59,850 nt of DNA from an uncultured Erysipelotrichaceae bacterium (GCA_902776735.1 CACYRE010000004.1:1-59850), one strand, 5' to 3'. Positions 7,579-17,327 are shown, numbered from the stretch's first letter. Notes: generated by a model not told the origin, from the letters alone. Program-made: numbers and translations.

Positions 7579-10500
7579 TTGAAAAAAATAATGGATGGTA
7601 ATGAAGCAGCCGCATATGTTTCATATAATTTTACGGAGGTAGCAGGAATATATCCAATTACTCCAGCATCTCCAATGGCGGAACTTACGGATAAATGGAG
7701 CAGTGAAGGTAAGATAAACTATTTTGGAACACCAGTAAAAATAGTTGAAATGGAAAGTGAGGCAGGAGCAGCTGGGATGGTTCATGGTTCTTTGATGGCT
7801 GGTTGTTTAACTACGACATATACTGCTAGTCAAGGACTACTTCTAATGATTCCTAATATGTATAAGATTGCAGGAGAGCTTCTTCCTTGTGTAATTAATG
7901 TAGCAGCGAGAAGTCTAGCAACTCATGCCTTATCAATATTTGGTGATCATCAAGATATTTATGCTGTAAGACAAACAGGTTTTGCAATGCTTGCATCTTC
8001 ATCTGTTCAACAAGTAATGGACTTAACTGGAGTTGCCCATTTATCAGCAATAAAAGGAAGAGTACCATTTGTTAATTTCTTTGATGGCTTTAGAACAAGT
8101 CATGAATTACAAAAAGTAGATGTAATTGATACCAATAAATTAAAGAATCTAATTGATAAAAAAGCCTTATCTGAATTTAAACAAAGAGCTCTTAATCCTA
8201 ATAAGCCAGCAATTCATGGTACAGCTCAAAATGGCGATATTTATTTTCAAGCTAGTGAAGTAAGAAATACTTACTATGATAAAGTACCAGATATTGTTAA
8301 TGAATATATGAGTGAGGTTAATAAAATAACTGGATGTGACTATAAGCCATTTAATTATTATGGTAATCCAACAGCTAATAAAGTAATTGTTGCAATGGGA
8401 TCAGTTTGTGAGACTATTAAAGAAACAATAGATTACTTAGTACATGAAAAAAATGCTCCCGTAGGACTTCTAGAAGTTCACTTATATAGACCATTTAGTG
8501 CAAAATATTTCTTAAAAGAATTACCTAAGAGTGTCAAAAAAATAGCCGTTCTTGATCGTACTAAAGAAGCAGGTTCTTCTGGAGAGCCATTGTATTTAGA
8601 TGTAATTAAAACAATAAAAGATATTGATGCTAAAGTAAGTGTCTATGGTGGAAGATATGGACTATCTTCTAAAAATACAACACCGGCTATGATTAAGGGC
8701 ATTTATGAGTTTTTAGATACAAGAGATGTTCATACTAATTTTACTGTAGGTATTGAGGATGATGTTACTAATTTAAGTATTCCATACGATAAAAAGTTTG
8801 TAATACCAAATAAAAAGAATGTTGCTTTCTTAATATATGGTTATGGAAGTGATGGTATGGTATCAGCTTCTAAAGACATTATGAAAATTACTGGTACCTA
8901 TACTAATGCTTATGTTCAGGGTTACTTCCAATATGATTCTAAAAAAAGTGGTGGAATAACTATTTCTCATTTAAGATTTGCTAATAATCTTATTAGATCG
9001 ACTTACTATGTACAAAAAGCAAATATCATTGTCTGCACAAAAGACAGTTACCTAACAAGTCTTAAAATGTTAGATACTATTCAAGATAATGGAATATTTT
9101 TACTAAATACAAATAAAAATCCTGATCAAGTACTTGCTACTATGAATAATAATGATAAAAGAATTTTACAAACTCGCAAGATTAAAATGTTTATAGTTGA
9201 TGCTGATAAAATAGCTAGAGAAGTTGGTCTACCTGGAAAAATTAGTACTATAATGGAATCTCTTATTTTTAAACTTGGTCATATTGTTGACTTTAACTTT
9301 GCTATTGATAAGATAAAAGAAAATTTAAATGATAAGTTTAAAAATAAAGGTGGAAATGTTGTTGAAAAGAATTATCAAGCAATAGACGCTTCTCTTAACT
9401 CTCTAGTTCCAGTAAAAATTCCATATGTTGATTTTGATTTTGAAGTTATGCCTAAGAAGAGTTTCTTTGAAACAATTAATTCCTTAGAAGGAGATAACTT
9501 ACCAGTAAGTACTTTCTTAAAGAGACCAGATGGTGAATTTGAAGCGGGAACTTCTAAATATGATAAAAGAGATAGTAGTGAGATTGCTCCAGACTATTGT
9601 TCAGAAAATTGTATAGGTTGCAATCTCTGCAGTTTAGTTTGTCCTCATGGTGTAATTAGGCCATTCCTACTTGATGAAAAAGAAGTAATGGACGCTCCTG
9701 ATTCTATGAGAGATAAACTAATTAATGCTAATATAAAAGATAAAGATTATAAATTTTCAATAGGTGTTGGTTTAGAAGATTGTACTGGTTGTTCTTTATG
9801 TGCAGAAGTATGTCCTGGCAAAAAAGGTGCAAAAGCTCTTGTTATGAAAATGAAAGAAAAAATTAAAGCAGATAAGAAAGACACTGAATATAAGTATTTA
9901 TTTAATGAAGTAAGTGAAAAGAAAAATGTTATGCCAACAAATACGGTTCGTGGCAGTCAATTTGTAAAGCCTAAATTTGAGTTTTCTGGAGCTTGTGCAG
10001 GATGCGGAGAAACTCCTTACCTAAAACTTCTTACTCAATTATTTGGCGATAGAATGGTAATTGCTAATGCAACAGGTTGTTCTTCAATTTATGGTGCTAG
10101 TGCTCCTTCAATGCCATATTCAATTCCTTGGGCAAATTCTTTATTTGAAGACAATGCTGAATTTGGCTTTGGTATGAAAGTTGCTGATGAGACAATCAAA
10201 GGTCAAATTATTAATTTAATTGAAAATAACATGGATAAAGTTAGAAATAGTGAAAAAGAAACTTATAAGTCCTATCTTGAAAAACAATCTATAGAAAATG
10301 CTAAAGCTTTACTTGAAATAATTGATAACACTAGAATTGATGACTTATTAAAGTATAAAGATTTTATTGCTCCAAAATCAGTTTGGATGGTAGGAGGAGA
10401 TGGTTGGGCCTACGATATTGGTTATAATGGTATTGATCATGTCCTAGCAAACAAAGAAAATGTTAATATTTTAGTTCTTGATACAGAAGTATATTCTAAT

Positions 10501-11013
10501 ACCGGGGGACAAGCCTCTAAATCTACTAGAACTGGAGCAATTGCTAAGTTCGCTGCTGGTGGAAAACAAACTGCTAAAAAGAACTTAGCTAAAATGGCTA
10601 TGAGTTATCCTCATGTCTATGTTGGTACAATATCACTTGGAGCTAATCAAATGCAAGCAATCAAAGTCCTAAAAGAAGCTGAAGAATATGATGGACCATC
10701 TATTGTTATAGCTTATGCTCCATGTATTGCTCAAGGAATAATTAAAGGTATGAAAAATAGTATTAAAGAAGAAAAAAATGCTACAGAATGTGGTTACTTC
10801 CCATTATTCCATTACAATCCAGAAAATAAATTATTTAGTCTAGATAGTAAAGCTGATTTCACTAAATTCGATGAATTTTTACTAGGTGAAAATAGATATT
10901 TAAGTTTAGAAAAAATTAATAAAAATGGAGAAGTATTACTAAACAAAAATAAAGAACAAGCCGAATCAACTTATGAGTATTATAAAGATTTAGCTAATAA
11001 TGAAGAAAAATAG
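7579..11013 (+). CDS. nifJ: Pyruvate:ferredoxin (flavodoxin) oxidoreductase
   Basis: A 1144-aa single-chain PFOR. Two ferredoxin motifs are present (CIGCNLCSLVCP and CTGCSLCAEVCP), plus a TPP region GGDGWAYDIG. GGAGGG RBS lies 8 nt before the TTG start. Confidence 0.95.
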   Translation: MKKIMDGNEAAAYVSYNFTEVAGIYPITPASPMAELTDKWSSEGKINYFGTPVKIVEMESEAGAAGMVHGSLMAGCLTTTYTASQGLLLMIPNMYKIAGELLPCVINVAARSLATHALSIFGDHQDIYAVRQTGFAMLASSSVQQVMDLTGVAHLSAIKGRVPFVNFFDGFRTSHELQKVDVIDTNKLKNLIDKKALSEFKQRALNPNKPAIHGTAQNGDIYFQASEVRNTYYDKVPDIVNEYMSEVNKITGCDYKPFNYYGNPTANKVIVAMGSVCETIKETIDYLVHEKNAPVGLLEVHLYRPFSAKYFLKELPKSVKKIAVLDRTKEAGSSGEPLYLDVIKTIKDIDAKVSVYGGRYGLSSKNTTPAMIKGIYEFLDTRDVHTNFTVGIEDDVTNLSIPYDKKFVIPNKKNVAFLIYGYGSDGMVSASKDIMKITGTYTNAYVQGYFQYDSKKSGGITISHLRFANNLIRSTYYVQKANIIVCTKDSYLTSLKMLDTIQDNGIFLLNTNKNPDQVLATMNNNDKRILQTRKIKMFIVDADKIAREVGLPGKISTIMESLIFKLGHIVDFNFAIDKIKENLNDKFKNKGGNVVEKNYQAIDASLNSLVPVKIPYVDFDFEVMPKKSFFETINSLEGDNLPVSTFLKRPDGEFEAGTSKYDKRDSSEIAPDYCSENCIGCNLCSLVCPHGVIRPFLLDEKEVMDAPDSMRDKLINANIKDKDYKFSIGVGLEDCTGCSLCAEVCPGKKGAKALVMKMKEKIKADKKDTEYKYLFNEVSEKKNVMPTNTVRGSQFVKPKFEFSGACAGCGETPYLKLLTQLFGDRMVIANATGCSSIYGASAPSMPYSIPWANSLFEDNAEFGFGMKVADETIKGQIINLIENNMDKVRNSEKETYKSYLEKQSIENAKALLEIIDNTRIDDLLKYKDFIAPKSVWMVGGDGWAYDIGYNGIDHVLANKENVNILVLDTEVYSNTGGQASKSTRTGAIAKFAAGGKQTAKKNLAKMAMSYPHVYVGTISLGANQMQAIKVLKEAEEYDGPSIVIAYAPCIAQGIIKGMKNSIKEEKNATECGYFPLFHYNPENKLFSLDSKADFTKFDEFLLGENRYLSLEKINKNGEVLLNKNKEQAESTYEYYKDLANNEEK

Positions 11014-11090
11014 AATTTTAATAAAAGTAAATACTATGATTATTATGTATTTAATAAATATTTAACAAATAATTAGTAATAAAAGAGCTT

Positions 11091-11150
11091 ACGTTAGCTC
11101 TTTTTATACGTTATTCATATACGTTAGCTCTTTTTATATGTTATTCTTTA
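11091..11150. repeat. 30-bp tandem duplication covering the 3' half of the nifJ terminator
   Basis: ACGTTAGCTCTTTTTATACGTTATTCATAT is followed by ACGTTAGCTCTTTTTATATGTTATTCTTTA. The hairpin AAAGAGC...GCTCTTT begins at about 11082. Confidence 0.8.
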
Positions 11151-11201
11151 CAATTTAGGCTTTTTTTGGTATAATATGACCAATTTAAGTGGTGAAGTTA
11201 T

Positions 11202-11684
11202 ATGCGAAAGAAAAATAAACAAGGTTTAATACTTGATAATTATAATGAAGATGAGTCTATCTATAATTTAAATGATAAGATTAATTCTCAAAATAATGAT
11301 GATTATGATGAAGAATATTATGTTGATGACAATGAAGAATATTATTATGAAGATGATAATGATTTAACTACTAGAAATATTGATAATAGTGATGACTATT
11401 ATTATGAAGATGGAGATAATGAAGTAGAAATTGAAGACACAAGTTCTGATGATTTATATGATGATTATGAGACTAGTGATGATAATGATAATCTAATAGA
11501 TATATTTTTATTTATAGCTACTTGGTTTGGAAGAATAGGTATAATTTTAGCTATTGTCTTGGTCTTATATTTTCTCTTTAATAAAAAAATTACAACTCTT
11601 TTATTTTATATTATAGGTATTTCAGTAGCATATTTTTTTGGCTATGTATTTATGTATTTATTAGAAAAATTTAGTAGCAATTAA
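11202..11684 (+). CDS. Hypothetical membrane protein with an acidic D/E/Y/N-rich N-terminus and two C-terminal TM helices
   Basis: ORF with an RBS-like GGTGAAG. The call rests on composition only. Confidence 0.5.
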   Translation: MRKKNKQGLILDNYNEDESIYNLNDKINSQNNDDYDEEYYVDDNEEYYYEDDNDLTTRNIDNSDDYYYEDGDNEVEIEDTSSDDLYDDYETSDDNDNLIDIFLFIATWFGRIGIILAIVLVLYFLFNKKITTLLFYIIGISVAYFFGYVFMYLLEKFSSN

Positions 11685-11879
11685 TTATTTAAATTATAAA
11701 TTATTTAATATAGATTAATTAGTTTTGTTTATATTAAAAATGCTACTTTTCTTTTAGCAAATTCTTTTTCTTTTATTTAATAATTATAATAACTAAAAAA
11801 ATTTATTTATTTTATTTTACAATTTATTTACTATATTTCTATGTGGTGGATTACTTTATATTTTTTAATAAAATATAAT

Positions 11880-12016
11880 AAAAAAAGCGATTCGGTATAA
11901 TCGCTTTTTTATTTTCATATAAGAGGTTGTCCCCCCTGAGGGCAACCTCCAAAAAGAATAAAAAGGGGTTGGCTAGTGTGATACTAGCGACCAATTCGCC
12001 TAATTCCGAATTGGTA
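11880..12016 (-). ncRNA. Candidate stand-alone structured small RNA (about 135 nt), family unknown
   Basis: It starts just downstream of a consensus promoter. Three hairpins are visible in plus-strand coordinates: 11990-12015 (9 bp), 11972-11988 (6 bp) and 11923-11949 (7+ bp, G/C rich). The terminator is AAAAAAGCGATT-CGGTAT-AATCGCTTTTTT at 11881-11910. The region forms a GC-rich patch within AT-rich spacer DNA. Confidence 0.4.
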
Positions 12017-12022
12017 GTTTTT

Positions 12023-12051
12023 ATACTAATCGAAAAGGTCATTTTTGTCAA
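12023..12051 (-). promoter_or_regulatory. Sigma-A-type promoter for the candidate sRNA
   Basis: On the minus strand: TTGACA (12051-12046), exactly 17 nt, then TAGTAT (12028-12023). Confidence 0.5.
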
Positions 12052-12190
12052 TAAAAAACTACAATTTTTTTAATAAATTTTATTAATTAAAATATAACTT
12101 TATAGTAATGTTTTTATATATAAATAAATTTTATACATCTTGGAATTGATATCTATTTTATGATATAATATGCGAGAAGGAAGTGGTGGT

Positions 12191-14185
12191 ATGGCTGAGT
12201 TAAAAGACGTTAAAGGTATTGGACCTAAAGCTCTTTCTTTGTTAAATAAAATTAATATTTATACGATAGATGATTTAGTTACTCATTATCCATTTAGATA
12301 TAATATTCTTCAAAGATGTGATTTAACTAAAGCAAATGATGGTGATAAAATAACAATAGATGGAAAAGTTGAAAGTATACCTATTTTAATGCGATTTAAA
12401 GCTGGACTTAATAAAATGAATTTTAGACTTGTTACTCAAAGTGGAGTAGTTGGTGTATCAATATTTAATAGAGCATTTATGAAGTCCCAATTAGTAGTGG
12501 GTACTGGAATAACAGTAGTTGGTAAATTTGATAAAACAAAAAATGTTATTACAGCAAGTGATATAAAACTAGGTATACTTACTAATCAAGCAAAGATTGA
12601 ACCAGTTTATCATTGCACAAATGGACTTACTAATAAAAATATGTCTACTTATATAAATATGGCATTACTCATGTATGGAAAAGAAATAATAGATTATATA
12701 CCAGAAGAATATAGAAAAAAGTATAATTTTGTCAATAAAAAAACTGCTTTAAATATTATTCATAATCCAAGTACTTTAGAAAAATTAAAAGAAGTAACTG
12801 TTAGATTAAAATATGAAGAGTTATTTGCTTTTATGTTTAAAATAAATTATTTAAAAAGAGAAAACAAAAATAAAAGTAATGGTTTAGTAAGAACGATAGA
12901 TAAAGAAAAGTTGGATAATTTCATCAAGAAACTTCCATTTAAGTTAACAAATGATCAAATGAAAGCAGTCGATGAAATAATTAGTGATTTATCATCACCA
13001 AATAGAATGAATAGGCTATTACAAGGAGATGTTGGTTCTGGTAAAACAATAGTTGCTTTTATTGGTATGGTTGCTAATTATTTAAGTGGTTATCAAAGTG
13101 CATTAATGGCACCAACTGAGATACTTGCTATACAACATTATAATAATTTGATGGAATTTCTAAAAGATACTGATATTAAGGTAGCATTACTTACAGGATC
13201 TACCTCTAAAAAAGATAAAATTGAAATATATAAGAAATTAAAAGATGGAACAATTGATATGGTAATTGGAACACATGCTTTAATTCAAGATGAAGTAGAA
13301 TATAATAATTTAGGTTTAGTAATTACAGATGAGCAACATAGATTTGGTGTACATCAAAGAGCTAACCTTCAGAATAAAGGAATAAGACCAGATGTTCTAT
13401 TCATGAGTGCTACTCCAATTCCTAGGACTTATGCTCTAACTATTTTTGGCGATATGGATGTTTCAACTATAAAAGAGCGACCTAAAGGACGAAAAAAAAT
13501 AGATACTTTTGTTAAGAAAAATAGTGAGATAAAAGATGTTCTACATATGATGTATGATGAACTAAAAGCCGGGCATCAAGTATATGTAATTGCCCCACTA
13601 ATAGAAGAAAATGAAAATAGTGATTTAACTAATGTAAACGAACTTAAAGATCAAATGAAATTAGCTTTTGGTAGTAAATATAAAATAGATATCGTTCATG
13701 GTAAAATGGCTAGTGGTGCTAAAGATATTATTATGGATCAATTTAAAAATAATGAAGTACAAATTTTAATTTCTACAACAGTCGTAGAAGTAGGAGTAGA
13801 TGTTCCTAATGCTACTATGATGGTTATATTTGATGCCGATAGATTTGGTTTATCAACATTGCATCAATTAAGAGGTAGAGTAGGACGTGGAAGCTCTAAA
13901 AGTAAATGTATACTTATAAGTGACAGTGATGCAGAAAGATTAAAAATAATGGAAAAAGAAGATGATGGTTTTGTTATTTCTGAAGAAGATTTTAAGTTAA
14001 GAGGATATGGGGATCTATTTGGAACAAAACAATCAGGTGATATGACATTTAATATTGCTAACATAAAGAATGATTATAAAATTCTTTTGCAGGCAAAAAA
14101 AGATTCTAATGAATATTTATTAAATAAAGAAACTGATAAAGATAATTTAAAGAAAGTTCTTATTAGTGAAATAACAGAAGGGTAG
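12191..14185 (+). CDS. recG: ATP-dependent DNA helicase RecG
   Basis: Motifs GDVGSGKT, DEQHRFG and QLRGRVGRG, with an N-terminal wedge/OB region. TATAAT at 12164-12169 makes ATG 12170 unlikely, so ATG 12191 was chosen. Confidence 0.95.
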   Translation: MAELKDVKGIGPKALSLLNKINIYTIDDLVTHYPFRYNILQRCDLTKANDGDKITIDGKVESIPILMRFKAGLNKMNFRLVTQSGVVGVSIFNRAFMKSQLVVGTGITVVGKFDKTKNVITASDIKLGILTNQAKIEPVYHCTNGLTNKNMSTYINMALLMYGKEIIDYIPEEYRKKYNFVNKKTALNIIHNPSTLEKLKEVTVRLKYEELFAFMFKINYLKRENKNKSNGLVRTIDKEKLDNFIKKLPFKLTNDQMKAVDEIISDLSSPNRMNRLLQGDVGSGKTIVAFIGMVANYLSGYQSALMAPTEILAIQHYNNLMEFLKDTDIKVALLTGSTSKKDKIEIYKKLKDGTIDMVIGTHALIQDEVEYNNLGLVITDEQHRFGVHQRANLQNKGIRPDVLFMSATPIPRTYALTIFGDMDVSTIKERPKGRKKIDTFVKKNSEIKDVLHMMYDELKAGHQVYVIAPLIEENENSDLTNVNELKDQMKLAFGSKYKIDIVHGKMASGAKDIIMDQFKNNEVQILISTTVVEVGVDVPNATMMVIFDADRFGLSTLHQLRGRVGRGSSKSKCILISDSDAERLKIMEKEDDGFVISEEDFKLRGYGDLFGTKQSGDMTFNIANIKNDYKILLQAKKDSNEYLLNKETDKDNLKKVLISEITEG

Positions 14186-14293
14186 TGTAAAATTTGACAT
14201 ATCATCATTTTTATGATAAAGTACAGAAGCTATTTTAAATTATACAATGAATTATTATAAAGATTGTTATTTTATTATATATGGAAGGATGAT

Positions 14294-14722
14294 ATGTCTA
14301 TGAAAGGACAAATTGATGATCAACAAAGGATTGCTTTCAGAAAGCAAAAAGCTATTTATAAAAGGTTAGGTTATAAAACTGAAAGCAAAGGATCTGAATA
14401 TTTTCAAGAATTAATAGAATACTTAAAGATAGATAATATAGATAATTCAGAAAAAAAATTATCAGAACGAGAAGCAAAAAAGAATATTTTATCAGAATGT
14501 ATAGACTTATATGCTTTTGATATTGAGTGTGGCAGAAAAAAATTTTATAGTAGTTTACTTGAATTTTTTAATAAATCACCAAAAAGTTCTTATGAGACAT
14601 TTGATGAATACTTTGAAAGGGCAGAGAAAATTATTGTTAAAGAGACAGTAAAATATTATAATAAATATGTTATAGATGGTGAAATTGATAAAAATAGCAG
14701 TAATAATTATAAAATAAGATAA
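14294..14722 (+). CDS. Hypothetical protein, possibly a Spo0A C-terminal-like DNA-binding fold
   Basis: RBS GGAAGGA precedes the start. LGYKTESKGSEYFQELIEYL weakly resembles the Spo0A_C recognition region. Confidence 0.35.
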   Translation: MSMKGQIDDQQRIAFRKQKAIYKRLGYKTESKGSEYFQELIEYLKIDNIDNSEKKLSEREAKKNILSECIDLYAFDIECGRKKFYSSLLEFFNKSPKSSYETFDEYFERAEKIIVKETVKYYNKYVIDGEIDKNSSNNYKIR

Positions 14723-14752
14723 AAAATGTTAGTGTCAACTAACATTTTTTTT
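14721..14752 (+). terminator. Rho-independent terminator
   Basis: AAAAAATGTTAG-TGTCAA-CTAACATTTTTTTT. Confidence 0.7.
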
Positions 14753-14773
14753 GGCAATTTTATTTAATTTAAA

Positions 14774-14802
14774 TTGACAATTTTTAAAATTTACTTTATG
14801 AT
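14774..14802 (+). promoter_or_regulatory. Sigma-A-type promoter of the att-site small RNA
   Basis: TTGACA (14774-14779), exactly 17 nt, then TATGAT (14797-14802). Confidence 0.5.
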
Positions 14803-14808
14803 TAGAAT

Positions 14809-14911
14809 GCGTGGTAAGATATATCACGCCGATTATCTCTCACGATTTAATGTGAGAGTATATTCAACCGAACCCCCTGAAGACCTAGTCGTGAGACTAG
14901 GTCACTTTTTT
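14809..14911 (+). ncRNA. Candidate about 100-nt small RNA whose 3' part carries the island attachment core
   Basis: Hairpins GCGTG...CACGC and CTCTCAC-GATTTAAT-GTGAGAG are followed by a single-stranded stretch CCGAACCCCCUGAAGA. A 9-bp terminator GACCTAGTC-GTGA-GACTAGGTC plus a T-run closes it. Confidence 0.4.
14872..14883 (+). repeat. att core copy 1 (ACCCCCTGAAGA), attL of island 1
   Basis: The identical 12-mer recurs at 20785-20796 and 33025-33036, all in direct orientation. Confidence 0.7.
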
Positions 14912-14940
14912 AGGAATTTAAGACTTAAAAATTTATAATT

Positions 14941-14962
14941 TAGGTTCTATTTTAGGTTCTAT
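14941..14962 (+). repeat. Island 1 left arm-type repeat (TAGGTTCTAT x2)
   Basis: TAGGTTCTATTTTAGGTTCTAT. The same tandem pair is present at 20659-20680. Confidence 0.7.
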
Positions 14963-14984
14963 TTTTTTGAAAAAATTAAAAAGA

Positions 14985-16088
14985 TTAGTACAAAGTATTC
15001 ATTATTTTGACTATATCTTCCATTTTATTTTTGAATAGATGAGAGTATGTGTTTAGGGTCTCATCTATTTTTGTATGTCCTAAATATTTTGCAACTATCA
15101 TGATATTTGCTCCATTATTAATAAGAAGTGAAGCACAAGAGTGTCTGAAGTCATGTAGTCTTATTGGTTTTACTCCAGATTTACTAGCTAGAAGATTTTT
15201 TCTAACTCTCATTCTTTCTTGAGTAATGGGTTTAACATCTCCAAATACATACCATTTATTATTAAATCCAAAATACTTTTTACAATTACTCTTTAGAATC
15301 TTTAAATCATCTGCAAGTGTTTGAGTAAGTGGTATAGTTCTAACACTTTTTTTACTTTTTGGAGTTGTTACATAAACTTTACCATCGACTGTGACTACAT
15401 TTTTCTTAACAGATAAAGTCATTTCTTCAAAATTAATATTATCCCATGTAAGACCTCTTAATTCTCCTAGTCTTAATCCACAAAAATATAAAACTTCAAA
15501 TGCTGATTTAAATAGAATTTCATCTTCGTATGATATGAATTGTTTAAATTCTTCTAGAGTATAGAATTCCATTTCTTTTGGTAAAGCATTGGGATCTACA
15601 AACTTTTCCATTTTATTATATATTTGTGTAAAATTGAAATCATGCCATCTAGTTCCATAATTAAGAATCTCTTTAAAGAATTTATGATATCCATTTTTAG
15701 TTTTAATAGCACAATCTCTTTTAGACATCCATCTTCTCCAAGACAAGTAATGATTAATATCAAAATCTTTAATTTTTACATTATGAATCGGCTCTAGAGA
15801 ATTAATTCTTTCTCGATATGATTTTAAAGTTGTTTCTTTTACTTTATCTGATTTATATTCATAGAATTCTTCATATAATTCAATAAAAGTCATATCGGTA
15901 ATATTAATTTCTTTTCTTCTCATTTTACGAAGTCTATTTGCTTCGGCAACTTGAGCTTCTTTTCTTGTAGCAAATTTTTTTGAATGATATTTTCTTTGTT
16001 TACCGTTTTCATCGAAATAATAAACTTGATAATACCATCTATATCCTTTAGATGTTGCATTCTCTTTAATACATTGGTTAACTGACAT
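14985..16088 (-). CDS. int: Tyrosine recombinase / phage-type integrase (island 1)
   Basis: Motifs FCGLRLGELRGL (Arg), HDFRHSCAS (HxxR), YLGH and LNTYSHL (Tyr). AGGAGG RBS. The protein is collinear with the integrase at 20844-21950. Confidence 0.9.
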   Translation of the reverse strand: MSVNQCIKENATSKGYRWYYQVYYFDENGKQRKYHSKKFATRKEAQVAEANRLRKMRRKEINITDMTFIELYEEFYEYKSDKVKETTLKSYRERINSLEPIHNVKIKDFDINHYLSWRRWMSKRDCAIKTKNGYHKFFKEILNYGTRWHDFNFTQIYNKMEKFVDPNALPKEMEFYTLEEFKQFISYEDEILFKSAFEVLYFCGLRLGELRGLTWDNINFEEMTLSVKKNVVTVDGKVYVTTPKSKKSVRTIPLTQTLADDLKILKSNCKKYFGFNNKWYVFGDVKPITQERMRVRKNLLASKSGVKPIRLHDFRHSCASLLINNGANIMIVAKYLGHTKIDETLNTYSHLFKNKMEDIVKIMNTLY

Positions 16089-16219
16089 TTATAATCCTCC
16101 TTTAATGGTTAAACCAATTTACTAGACCTTTTGCTAATTGAATAATACCATAAAAACAAAAAAAGCAAAACCATTATGTTTTGCCTTTGTCTAGTATAAA
16201 TTGATTTAATAGATTTATT

Positions 16220-16600
16220 TTATTTATATTTATGGGGGTTATCTTTTTTATCTATTATTTCCCATAATTCTTTGTTACTAAAGGTAATATATTTAGCAAT
16301 TAAAAACCCAATATAAGAAACGACTCCCCAAGCGATAATTATAATCAAATATGACAATTTAAAATTAAATAACAAACCTAAAATTGGAACTATTCCTAGT
16401 ATTCCAACTAATATTGGAATCGATAAGAATATTTCTATTACAATTGCTCTAAATCTAGTTCTAAAAGAATACTGCAATTTTTCTTCCCTAGATCTATCTT
16501 TTTTCAATTGCTCATATTCTTCTGATGTTAGAATACGTACTTTATTTTCTTCATTGTTTATTTTTGTTTCCTCTATATTTTTCTTTGTCTTTTTTGCCAT
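16220..16600 (-). CDS. Hypothetical membrane protein (charged N-terminus, about three TM helices)
   Basis: ORF plus RBS AAGGAAG; no recognisable motif. Confidence 0.5.
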   Translation of the reverse strand: MAKKTKKNIEETKINNEENKVRILTSEEYEQLKKDRSREEKLQYSFRTRFRAIVIEIFLSIPILVGILGIVPILGLLFNFKLSYLIIIIAWGVVSYIGFLIAKYITFSNKELWEIIDKKDNPHKYK

Positions 16601-16672
16601 AGCAACACTTCCTTGTTTTAATTATATAATACTTTTATTATCTATTATATATTTATTAAATATAGCAAATAG

Positions 16673-16903
16673 TTATAAATTGGCTAGCCTGTTTAAATAG
16701 TCTATATCGATTTTTAGCCTTTTAACGACCTCACACATTGGAATTAGTCCTTTTGGTAGAATATACCCATTTGCTTCTAATTCTTCCTGTATTTCCTTTT
16801 TTAGCCTATATACGTTGTTATTTCCAAGATTCGATAACTTTTTCAAGTCTTCAATAGTACACCATTGTTTAGATATTAATTCTAATGTTTCTTTAGCTGT
16901 CAT
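16673..16903 (-). CDS. Small island-backbone protein, putative HTH/excisionase-like
   Basis: The start was moved to MTAKETL behind a GGGGGTGAAG RBS. It is collinear with 23560-23796 (shared KQWC..DL.KL, YI.P, IDIDxLxR). Confidence 0.45.
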   Translation of the reverse strand: MTAKETLELISKQWCTIEDLKKLSNLGNNNVYRLKKEIQEELEANGYILPKGLIPMCEVVKRLKIDIDYLNRLANL

Positions 16904-17327
16904 TATCTTCACCCCCAAACTCTTTACAAAAATTATTCATAAATTCTATATCTTCTTGATTAGTTAATGGTTCTATCTCACATCTGTTTCCATTCCATAC
17001 CATAGTTCCATCTTCATCGTATCGAATATGTGGCATAGAAGTATTTAGTTCTTCTATGGAATCACTGATTTGAGTTATTAATATGTAATTATTAATTTTA
17101 TTGTTTTTATCTTTATATGAATTTACATATCCTTTTATAAAGATAAAATTATCTATAAAAAAAAGATCTTTATATTTTTCATAAAGATCTTTGTATGCTC
17201 TTAAACTGATAAAAGCTATTTTATTATTAAATATCTGGTTTTCTATACTTATTGCAATATGTTTTTCATTAATAATAATTGATAGAATTTTTCCAGATAA
17301 AAATATTTCATTTATATAATTATTCAT
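16893..17327 (-). CDS. Island-backbone protein, possibly an OB-fold ssDNA-binding-like protein
   Basis: AGGAGG RBS. It occupies the same backbone position as 23810-24226. The fold assignment is a guess based on its beta-rich N-terminal pattern. Confidence 0.35.
   Translation of the reverse strand: MNNYINEIFLSGKILSIIINEKHIAISIENQIFNNKIAFISLRAYKDLYEKYKDLFFIDNFIFIKGYVNSYKDKNNKINNYILITQISDSIEELNTSMPHIRYDEDGTMVWNGNRCEIEPLTNQEDIEFMNNFCKEFGGEDNDS

Noticed and set aside
4652-11150. Tandem repeats (14 bp x2 at 4652-4679; 30 bp x2 at 11091-11150) considered as CRISPR-like or minisatellite arrays.
   Set aside because: There are only two units each, no spacers and no cas genes. They are simple local duplications, and the second duplicates half of a terminator.
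11851-12051. 66-aa minus-strand ORF. A smaller ORF (MKIKKRLYRIAFLLYF...) also starts after the GC-rich hairpin.
   Set aside because: The 66-aa ORF starts inside the -35 box and runs through three hairpins and an intrinsic terminator. The small ORF also reads through the terminator and lacks a properly spaced SD. A non-coding RNA interpretation fits better.
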